Source: Chiloscyllium plagiosum
Lineage: Eukaryota
DNA: 64,000 nt
Direction of reading: 5' to 3'
Assembly: GCF_004010195.1 (NCBI RefSeq)
Contig: NC_057719.1
Coordinates: 62,612,862 to 62,676,861, forward strand
Shown here: one piece after another, positions 54,491 to 64,000 of the stretch
Numbering within the stretch: position 1 is the stretch's first letter
How the letters are laid out: every line of letters begins with the position of its first letter
Made by a program: the position numbers and the translations under genes
Notes under the pieces: model-generated
What the model was told of the DNA's origin: nothing
Seen by the model: the letters and a program-made list of their open reading frames with translations, nothing else
Databases searched by the model: none

Positions 54491-54899
54491 AAAGATCACA
54501 TTAAAAGCTTGAAGAATATAGTGAAATAAGAACAAAAGTGTTGCCCAGCAACATCTATGGAGGGATGGACAGACCAAACAAAAAACCTCCTTTGCTCCCA
54601 CAGGTCTGATGGCTTCTGACACAAATATTGACACCCCAAGTCTGCTTAACTACCTGAAGCCAGTCATCGAGTTGTTGCCAGAGAGGAGGCCTTCGTCATT
54701 GATAACTCATCACCATTTCGCAGACCAGTCAGTCACTTGTTGGCAGCCAAGCCTCCAATTCCTTGGCTCTAGGTGGTCTATAACTTGGCTTTTCCCACTG
54801 CTTAAAGCAACAATGGTGTAACTTCATATGAGTTTCTGGTCATTTACTTTTAATATAGTGCAGTAATATTCCAACTATCCTTGGCTTTAAAATCATTCC

Positions 54900-56965
54900 A
54901 ATTCCCATTTCAATTCAGAATAAAAAATACAGGAAAATAAAAAGAGATGGCCTTGAAAGAATGGTGATAGGAGGGTGGGGGGTGGGGTTGGTGGGGAGGT
55001 GAAGAGAGATGTGTTTGACTGTGGCATCTTGTTGGAGGTGAAAGAAATAGCAGAGGATGACACTTTGAATGGAGAAGCTGCTGGAGTAGAAAGTGAGGAT
55101 CAAGGAGGGAGGGGAAAGAGTAGAGGCAGAAGAGAGGAACATGGGCCAGGCGTGACTGAGGGCTCTGTTAACCATGGTGGGGGCTCGTTTGAGGGAAAAG
55201 AAAAACATGTTCGAGGTCCTCCTGAGCAAGGTGGCATTGGCTGAAATAATGTGATGGAGAAACTGGAAGAATGGAATGGAGTCATTATCGGAAGCAAGCT
55301 GTAAGTAAGTGGATTCAAGGTAATTGTGAGAGTTGGAGGGTATGTAGTGGATATTGGATATCTCATTCCCAGAAATGGAAGCAAAGATGTCCAGGAAGTG
55401 TAGGAGAAAGTCTGAGGTGGACCTGGTGAAAGTGAGAAAAGGATGGAAATTTGAAGCGAATTTAATTCATTTTTCACATTTCCAAATGAAGAGCAGGGAG
55501 GTGCATTGATACAGTCATTGATGTACCAGAGAAAGAGTCAGGACAAAGAACATTCCACATACCTACCATAATTGGCACTCCAAAATAAACTAAAAACTGA
55601 GGATGCAGGAGATCCGAAACAAAAACAGAGATTGCTGGCGAAACTCAGCAAGTTTGGCAGTGTCTGTGGGGAAGAAATAGAATTAATGTTTCGAGTCCAG
55701 GGATCCTTCTGAAAGGTTACTGGACTTGAAATGTTAACTCTGCCAGACCTGCTGAGTTTCTCCAGCAATTTCTGTTTTTATAGCTGCGTCTCATGTGGGT
55801 ACCCATAGCCACACCTTTGACTTGGAGACCGTAAGATACTTTCAGAGAGAAATTATTCAAGGTGAGGAAAAAAAGTAAGCAAGATCAAGGAGGATGTGAT
55901 GAAGGATGTGGACTGTTCAGGTAAGAAGCAGAGAGCTTTCTGTCCTGATGGGGAAGATGGAGAGAGGAGTTGCACTTCCATAGTGAAGATCTGCTGGGGC
56001 TAGGAAAGTTGCAACTGTGAAATTGACATGAAATGACACAAGAATCAAAAATGTAAGTGGAGATTGTAGATAAGGAGAAATGAGTTCAGTTGGGCAGGAG
56101 CAGCCTTAACCAATGGGTCTGCCAGAGCAATTCTATTTGTGGGTTTTGGAAGAAGGTGGTGGCTGGGACTGTGTGTGGGTGGGGAACTAAAAAGTGGGAC
56201 ACTGTTTAGGGATGATGTCAATAATCTTCTTGGAACAATGACTTGAACTTCAGTGCTGGGACCATGTTCTAGGGCAAGATAAGAAGAAGTGTCTAAGGTT
56301 TTGTGTTCAACCTGTGGTAGAGATCAATATACCAGACATCAATAGGCACCATCCTTATCAGGAAGATTGATAAAGTTAGGGGAAAGTCAGAGATGGAATC
56401 AGGTCTGCTAGGGTGGAGGCCCGAGCACATTAAAGAACGAAAGGTTTCATGATGCCGTAGCCAAAAAGATGAATATGAATATCGTGAAGAAACAGAGGTT
56501 GTGTCTGAATGAGACATGAGTTATTGCGGTAAAATCCATCTGAATGCAATATGAAGCGATAAATAGAGAAACAAGATAGTAAAACCCAAAAGAGGAGTAG
56601 ATTTCCATGGGTTGAGGTCAAAGGGAAAGGTGGATGAGAAGTAAAGGCTGGGATGTAGTTCTCAGGGATTGAACCCCTGTACTGTCTCCATGCCTTCGAT
56701 CACACCTTTCAGATGCCCCTTCCAGCCAACAAACCAATCATATTTTTATTGTCTCCAGGAAGGACGTTTGTTGGCATGTTCATCAAGTTAATGCCAACTC
56801 TGGCAGATTGATATTCATCAACTGCCTTCCCTAACTCCTACCATAACTCCTCTCAGACCAGTACATTCTGCCCATCAACCCACTCTCTCACTAGATGCTA
56901 CCTGACCTACTGAGTTCCTCTAACATGCTGTATTTGTATTTCAGGTATCTGCTGTGTTTTGCTTT
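54900..56965 (-). mobile_element. Degraded Penelope-like (Neptune-type) RT element
   Basis: Reverse complement gives GVAMGTHM (about 55790-55815), LFLWYINDCI (YIDD-like, about 55508-55540) and LTFY...IQSVILCYFFHLQQDAT. An oppositely oriented terminal fragment lies at about 56880-56965. Confidence 0.8.
55585..55780. mobile_element. Fold-back PLE-end hairpin inserted in the PLE RT
   Basis: 55621-55660 is inversely repeated at 55740-55779; inner arms surround ttctgaa. Confidence 0.8.
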
Positions 56966-57657
56966 GGTTCTAGAAGACAATGACACGGATTGTGAATTGT
57001 TCCTTCCTAATGGAAGCATTGACTGTGTGTTAGTGCATAAAATGACGTGCAGTTTTCATCTGGCTGTGAATGATTCAATGCCACCTCTAAGTTACAAAGA
57101 GAAAGCTGCCATTATTCAGAAGCTAAGGCAAGCAGCAGCCAGTCTCCAAACTGGCAAATTGCACTGAATTCTTTATCATATTTCCGATACATTACCCCCA
57201 TTTTCTTTGAAAAATTACACCAAATGGGGGAAAAAAAAATCTTTGCTAACTAGCCAAAGCTTGACAGTTGATTTGAGGAGAAAGTGGTTGGTTTTCTCTG
57301 ATAGCCTGAAACACATGAAGATGTGTGGTGCCAAGATTGCAAAATATTAACGGAGAGAAGCCAAAGCCAAATGGGTGGAGTGGAAGATTCTTGCTCCCCA
57401 ATTCAGTGGGGCTGACTGTTATTTCCCTTCATCAATTTTGTAATTTATGCATTAAATGCCTTCCCATTAGTTCTAAGGGCTGGGGCTTGAAGTACGGTTG
57501 CAGTTAATATGGCTACTTTGATTTTATTTGGTTATTTCGACTAAGTATTTTTGTGGTACCAACATAAACTGCTAAGTCCAGTGGAACTCACTAAACTAAA
57601 CTCCATTGACATGCACAGTTTCTGAAGAAGTTAGAAATCCCTTGTTCCATAATACCA

Positions 57658-57790
57658 ACATTCCTGATGAAGAACTTATGCCCGAAACATCGATTCTCCT
57701 GCTCCTCGGATGCTGCCTGACCTGCTGTGCTTTTCCAGCGCCACACTTTTCGACTCTGATCTCCAGCATCTGTAGTCCTCATTTTCTCCG
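57658..57790 (+). mobile_element. Penelope-like terminal fragment with a hammerhead-type motif
   Basis: cctgatgaagaacttatgcccgaaacatcgattctcc...; same family as 60750-60842. Confidence 0.85.
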
Positions 57791-58300
57791 TAATACTAAG
57801 GATGATTTGGACAGCTCTCGCCGATCCAACCGTGTGCTGAAAACTATCAGATATAACTAAAAACATGACAAACCTGGTACAGTTTATCCCTACTTTTATT
57901 TCAATAGAAGCTGTCTGTGTTCCTTCAGGAACGAGTTTCGTAATTGTAACATCTTTCCAGTAGTTAAGTCCGCTTTAATACCATTGTATTAACCAGTCAA
58001 TCAACAAAACCATTCGCAACTGGATGAATCAATGCAGAATCAATATACCCTTTTATGCACATCAGGAAGGATTAGAGTGAATGGTATGGACACATGTAAC
58101 TTGAAAGCATGTAAGGCAAGTCAGAAATTCAATGAAATGTTCTGCATTTCTCTGGACGCGTACAGCTGCAGTCGCACAGAATATTTGACACAACTAAGGC
58201 CAAATCTTACATCTTCCTCCTGAACAGCAGTCTTGGGAGTGCAAACCTCATGTTGTCTGCAGCAGTTTAAGCAGAAAGTTCTTGACGTTCTTTCCCTAAC

Positions 58301-58462
58301 GTCAGAAGTCACACGACACCAGGTTATAATCCAAAAGAACTTGGAAAAGGAGCAGCCCTCCGAAAGCTTGTGATTTCAAATAAACCTGTTGGGCTATAAC
58401 CTCGTGTCGTGTGACTTCTGACCTAGTCCAGTTCAGTCCAACACTGGCACCTCCACATCATG
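58301..58462 (+). mobile_element. PLE-type terminal fragment (third family) with an inverted 5' arm
   Basis: 34-bp arms 58301-58334 and 58389-58422 with 3 mismatches; contains ggagcagccctccgaaagctt. Confidence 0.7.
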
Positions 58463-59149
58463 GCTATTTTCTGTAAGGCTCCTATAGATTTGATTTAGAC
58501 AGTAAGTGCCACTTGCATCAGTCATACTGAGAAACCAAGAACCAATTAAAAGCAGAGAGATTTGTCAGTAATTTTGTAAGAACTTGCTAAATAGCTTGCC
58601 CTAATTAGTGAGATAGTTGGCTTTTCCAGCCCTGGCACATGGGAAAAGCATAACAATTTTTTTAATTTCCATTTGTCTAAGTGGATTTGTCATAACACTT
58701 CAGGTAAGAGAAATGGTGCTGGGAGTTGTATGTTTTCCTTATCCTCACTGCTGCTAGCCCTTTTCCTCTCCACTCTCAAGCTGTTCTGACAGGAAGGGGA
58801 TTTTGTTTCAGATGGAATTATTGAAGCATTATTTGCCTGTTCTGATCCTTGTATATTTAGTCCCCTTGCAAGATTAGTACAGAACCTCCTAAACTACAGT
58901 TTCTGGGAAGCCTGAGTACTGTTGTGATGCTTAACTGCTAAATAGACATTCTTAACCAGCCAATCCTTTAAAGCTTCTCACATTCAGGAAGGAGAAAGCA
59001 CACCCAGAGTGAGAGACAACCTCAGTGAGCATGTCATCTGGGAATTTAGAGGTAGTGTCCGAATACAGCTGGTAAACATTTCTTTCCTTTCTCTATTTTA
59101 AGAGTTTCAACTTCAGTTGTCTCATGAGAATGTTAAGAAGATGAATGGC

Positions 59150-59750
59150 TGTTAGAGTTTAAAAGGTTGAGGGGAGATCTAACAGAAACTTAGAAGATAA
59201 TGCACGGGTTAGAAAGGGTGAACGCTGGGAAATTGTTTCCGTTCAGTGGGGAGACTAGGACCCATGGGCGCAGCCTTAGAATTAGAGGGGGTTAATTTAG
59301 AATGGAAATGAGGAGACATTTCTTCAGCCAGAGAGTGGTGGGCCTGTGGAATTCATTGCTATAGAGCTCAGTGGAGGCTGGGACATTAAATGTCTGCAAG
59401 GCAGAGATTGATAAATTCTTGAACTCGCAAGGAATTAAGGGCTACGGGGTGAGTGTGAGTGAGTCAAGTTGAAATGCCCATCGGCCATGATTAAATGTTG
59501 GAGTGGACTCGATGGGCCGAATTACCATACTTCCATTCCTCTGTCTTATGGTCAAAGATAGCTGACTGATGGGCAGTCAGTCACCTGAAGCCTGAACATT
59601 TAAAAACAATTTAGGTAAATACATTAATAAGAAATGCTTGAAGGGATAGGGGCCACATTCTAGCAGATGGGACTAGTTTAGTTTTGGATTACGCTCGGCA
59701 TAGACTGACAGGACCAAAGGATCTGTTCCTGTGCTCTATGAATCTGTGAA
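59150..59750 (+). mobile_element. Two CR1 3' ends (about 59150-59555 and 59590-59750)
   Basis: ttcttcagccagagagtggtgggcctgtggaattc; tails tcttatggtc and ctctatgaatct. Confidence 0.85.
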
Positions 59751-59829
59751 TAAGGCCTTCAAAGGTATTAATTGCTACTGAAGTTTAACTAGTGTGAGTT
59801 ATCACAACTCACCTCAGCTTGTTTTAAAG

Positions 59830-60017
59830 GATGATGTAGAGATGCCGGAGTTGGACTGGGGTGGACAAGGTCTAGGATCAGATTATAGTCCAACAGGTCT
59901 ATTTGAAATCGAAAGCTTTTGGAGTTCAACTACTGGTGAAGGAACAAAGCTCTAAAAGCTTGCAATTTCAAATAAACCTGTTGGACTATAACCCAGTGTT
60001 GTTTGATTTTTGACCCT
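59830..60017. mobile_element. Fold-back PLE-end hairpin (same family as 58301)
   Basis: 42-bp arms 59883-59924 and 59950-59991 with 4 mismatches. Confidence 0.7.
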
Positions 60018-60239
60018 ATTTAAGAGAGGGCCTGTTGAAAGTGCACCATCAGGAAGGAGAATTCTATCCAGTGAGACAGTCTGAGTGAGTATACATTTTG
60101 GGGAATTTGGAGGGAATGTGGGAATTTGGTGCAGATGGGGGGGGGGGGGGGGATGAGTTGCCTTTTGCTTACTTTTTTTGGCTTAGACTTTGTAAAATTT
60201 TTAACAGGATAAATTAAAGCTCAGCCTCAAGGGCTGAGG

Positions 60240-60965
60240 GCAAAAGGGTGGTTAGCACTGCTGCCTCACAACGCCAGAGACCAAGGTTCGATTCCAGCCT
60301 CAGGTGACTGGTGGAGTTCACACAATCTCCCAGTGTCTGGGTTTTCTCCGTCTGCTCTGGTTTCTTCCCACAGTTCAGAGATGTGCAGGTTAGGTGAATT
60401 GGCCATAGTGTTCAGTGATGTGTCGGTTAAGTGCATTAGTCAGACCACAACAACACGACGGTTGGAGGAAGAGCACCTCATCTTCCGCCTAGGAACCCTC
60501 CAACCACAAGGGATGAACTCGGATTTCACCAGTTTCCTCATTTCCCCTCCCCCCACCTTGTCTCAGTCAAATCCATCAAACTCAGCACCGCCTTCACAAC
60601 CTGCAATCTTCTTCCTGACCTCTCCGCCCCCACCCCAGTCTGACCTATCACCCTCACCTTGACCTCTTTCCACCTATCGCATTTACGACGCCCCTCCCCC
60701 AAGTCCCTCCTCCCTACCTTTTATCTTAGCCTGCTGGACACGCTTTCCTCATTCCTGAAGAAGGGCTTATGCCCGAAACGTCGATTCTCCTATTCCCTGG
60801 ATGCTGCCTGACCTGCTGCGCTTTTCCAGCAACACATTTTCAGCACTAGTCATGGAAGATGTCAGGTTGTAGGGTAGGGGAATGGGTCTGGGTGGGATAC
60901 TCTTGGGAGGATTGGTGTGGGTCTGTTGGGCCTAATGGCCTGTTGCCACACAGGGATTCTAATGT
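60240..60965 (+). mobile_element. HE1-like V-SINE split by a Penelope insertion
   Basis: Head gtggttagcactgctgcctcac at about 60248; 3' half resumes at about 60853. Confidence 0.85.
60443..60842 (+). mobile_element. Young 5'-truncated Penelope-like (Neptune-type) element: endonuclease C-terminus, 3' UTR and hammerhead motif
   Basis: TTRRLEEEHLIFRLGTLQPQGMN (cf. RE..WI..L.T..P.GLN); CTGAAGA-a-GGGC-ttat-GCCC-GAAACGTC at 60755-60782; TSD-like gcattagtca/gcactagtca. Confidence 0.88.
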
Positions 60966-63900
60966 ATAAAATGTAAATTCACCTGGTTGGCTGTAACTAC
61001 TAGTTTGACTATCCGTTATGTTACTTTCAGACTGAAGGTAAATAGGAGCAATATTTACAGGCTACCAACTAAAAGACCAGAATTAATATTTTGAAAATCA
61101 GATAAGAACAACGTAATTAAAATAAAGATGCAGAGCCAGGTGATGTGTTGTACCTGCATCATGTGGGAGCTGGTGGACCCTGTTCTGGTTCGTAGTGACT
61201 ACATCTGTAGCAAATCTTGTTTTCTTAAAAAGCTCTGGCTGAGAGTTATTAATCTGGGGTCTGACCTTCAAATATGTGGCATAGTCGGGGACAGGAAAAA
61301 TTACCTGGAGGCTGTTTTTCAGGAGGCAATCACACTCCTTGGATTAACAACTTCGAATTTGGTCAGCGGTCAGGGACAGGAGGGTATAACTACAAGTGAG
61401 GCAGGTCGATGGATCCAGGAGGTAGTGCTGAAGGAGCATTAGCCCTTGAGCTTGTCTAATGCATCTTCCTCCCTGTGTGAATGAGAGTGGGAGCTGTGAG
61501 GAGGATAAGCAAACTGATAAAGTTCCAAGGGACTGTGTTAAGAGGGACCATTCAATGGAGGGGAGAGAAGAGAAATGTAGTTGTAATCCAGGATGGTATA
61601 GTCAGGGGAATAGACACTGTTTCTGTGACCAGGATCAAGAGTCCTGAAGGCTCTGTTGCTGTCTAGTGCCCAGGTTTAGAATCTCTCATCTGACCGCAGA
61701 GGAATTTAGAGTGGGGAGGGGTACAATGTTGTTACCATGGTCCAGCCAGATAAGTAGGAAGAGGAAAGAGATTCTGTTGAGGAACTGAGAGTAGCTAGAG
61801 GCCAAATTAAAAAGCAGAACTGAAAAGGAAGTAATTTCTGGATTACTGTCTGAGTCGCAAGCTAATTGGTACAGGGTCAACAAGACAAGAGAGATAAACA
61901 GGTGATTCAAAGATTGGTGTGGGAGAAACCGGTTCTAATTCATGGAACATTGGCACCAATACTGGGGAAAGCTGGAGCTATTCCAATGGGACAGGGTCCA
62001 CCTGAATTCTGTTGGGACCTGAGTCCTGCTGAGTCGCACAAGCCGGGCTGTGGATGGGGCTTTAAATTAAATAGTTGGGAGGGGGTTCAGTTGCATGGGA
62101 AATTATAGAAAAAGTTAGAAGGTGGAGTCAGAAGGTCTCAGCAGAAGTTAAAGTTTCCAGGATATATGGTTGGGCAGAGAGTATGGATAAAGTCAGGAAT
62201 CTTACTTGAACTTAACAGCTCAGGAGCCAACTATGAGAAGATGACCAGTCAATGGAGGACTGAGGGTGTTGCATTCAAATGCACGCAATATGTAAAACAA
62301 GATAAATGAGCTAACAGTGCAGATCGGAAGCAGGAAATATGATGATGTGGGTTGTAAGGGGATCAGGGCTAAGAACTAAATATCCAAAGATACACATCCT
62401 ATTGAAAGGACAGGTAGATGAGCAGAGGAAACAGGGTTGCCTGAAGTGATACAGAATCTCTGGGTAGAATTTAGGAATCACAAATGAGAAAAGATCTTGA
62501 TCGGAGCTGTGTATAGGCCTCCTAGCAGTAGTCAGGATGTGGGGAAAAAAATAAATCAAGAGATAGAAAAGGCATGTAAAAAAGGCACTGTTATAATAAG
62601 CATAGGCAACTTCAATATGCTGGTGGACTGGGAAAATCAGATTGGTAATGGATCTCAAGAAGAGGAATTCGTGGAAAGTCTCTGAGAAGTTTTTGTTTTG
62701 GAGCCTACGAGGGAACAGGCAGTTCTGGATTGGATGATGTGCAACGAGGCAAACTTGATTAGGGAGCTTCATGTGAAGGTACCTCGAACAGTCAATGATA
62801 GAATTCACCTTGGAGTTTGAGAGGGAGAAGCTGGAATCAGATGTAATGATATTATAATTGAGTAAAGGTAACTACAAAGACGTGAGGGAGGAGCTGGCCA
62901 GAGTTGATTGGAAGAGGAGCCCAGCAGGGAAGACATTGGAGCGGAACTGGCAGGAGTGTCTGGGGATTAATTAAGGAAGCAAAGCAGAATTTCATCCCCA
63001 GGAAGAATAAACATACAGAGGGGAGGATGAGGCAGGTGTGGCTGACCATGGAGGTCAGGGACAGTATAAAAGCAAAAGAAACAATATACAATATGGTGAA
63101 GATCAGTGGGAAACGAGAGAATTGGGAAGCCTTTAAAATCCAACAGAGGATATTTTTTTTAAAATAAAAGCAAAAGTCAGGGTGAAGATGAAATATGGCA
63201 GTAAGCTAGCTTGTAATATAAAAGAAGATTGCAAGAGTTTTGTTGAATTTGTTAAGAAAAGTAAGAGTTGACAGTGAACCACTGGAAAATGAGGCTAAAG
63301 CAGTTGTAATGGGGAACAAAACAATGGCGCATGAACTGAATAGGTACTTTGCATCAGTTTTCACAGTGGAAGACACCAGCAGCATACCAGAACTTCAAGA
63401 GAGTCTGGGGGCCGAAATGAGTGCAGTGGCCATCACTAAGGAGAAGGTTCTGGGGAAACAACTGAAAGATCTGAAGATGGATCAATCACTGAGGCCAGAT
63501 GGACTACAACTCCAGGGTTCTGAAGAAGATAGCTGAACAGATTATAAAGACATTGTTGGTGATCTTTCAGGAATGACTGGAGTCATAGACGGTCTAGATG
63601 ACTGGAAATGGCTAATGTAATACCTCTGTTTAAGAAGGGAGGGAGGCAGAAGACAGGAAATTATAGGCTGATTAGCTGACCTTGGTTTTTGGTAAGATTT
63701 AAGTTTTTCTTATGAAGGATAACACTGAGGATTACTTAGAACTGCATGGTAAAATATGCTGATTCAGCACAGCTTCATGAAGGGAAGGTCATGTCTGACA
63801 AATCTGTTGGAATTCTTTGAGGAATTGATGAACAAGTCAGACAAAAGAGAGCCAGAGAATGTGATTTATCCAGAAGGCCTTTGACAAGATACCATACAGG

Positions 63901-64000
63901 AGGCTGCTAAATGAGACAAGAGCCTGTGGTGTCAGTGGCAAGGTTTTGGCATGGATAGAGGATTGGCTGACTAGCAGAAGGCAGAGATTAGAGATAAAGG

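Larger units (their letters stand above)
60020..64000 (+). mobile_element. Long decayed CR1: 5' UTR, ORF1 (Cys-rich zinc-finger region and SGNH-esterase remnant), ORF2 (APE endonuclease and RT), running off the window
   Basis: MQSQVMCCTCIMWELV...YICSKSC; VVVIQDGIVRGID (GDSI-like); IGAVYRPP...GNFN..VDW; LNRYFASVFTVED; many stops and frameshifts. Confidence 0.9.

Noticed and set aside
60137..60152. G16 run as a functional G-quadruplex
   Set aside because: It is a homopolymer inside a decayed repeat, prone to slippage and sequencing error.
62311..62808. Longest ORF (165 aa, minus strand) as a gene
   Set aside because: It is an antisense shadow of the CR1 endonuclease region.

Overview
This is eukaryotic, repeat-rich (AT-rich, CpG-poor) vertebrate DNA, almost certainly from a shark. 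The evidence is HE1-type V-SINEs, abundant CR1 LINEs and shark-type Penelope-like elements (PLEs). The only host protein-coding sequence I can support is the first coding exon of FUT8 (alpha-1,6-fucosyltransferase) on the + strand: exon about 50782-51212, CDS 51010-51212. The rest is most likely FUT8 5'-UTR intron or upstream DNA plus the start of the next intron. It is filled with decayed CR1, L2, Penelope and Harbinger remnants and tRNA-derived SINEs; nearly all other ORFs in the track are TE debris or chance. No prokaryote-type system (CRISPR, operon) is present. Most notable: (1) a ~620-650 bp inverted duplication (19484-21641) that includes non-LINE flanks; (2) several PLE-end families carrying minimal hammerhead-ribozyme motifs, repeatedly arranged as fold-back hairpins; (3) three uORFs and a tandem splice donor that would introduce a stop codon in the FUT8 exon; (4) a tandem duplication in a CR1 with a sharp identical/diverged boundary; (5) a 100-bp local copy pasted into a LINE. 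Repeat boundaries are approximate and were read by eye; family names come from motif recognition, not database searches.
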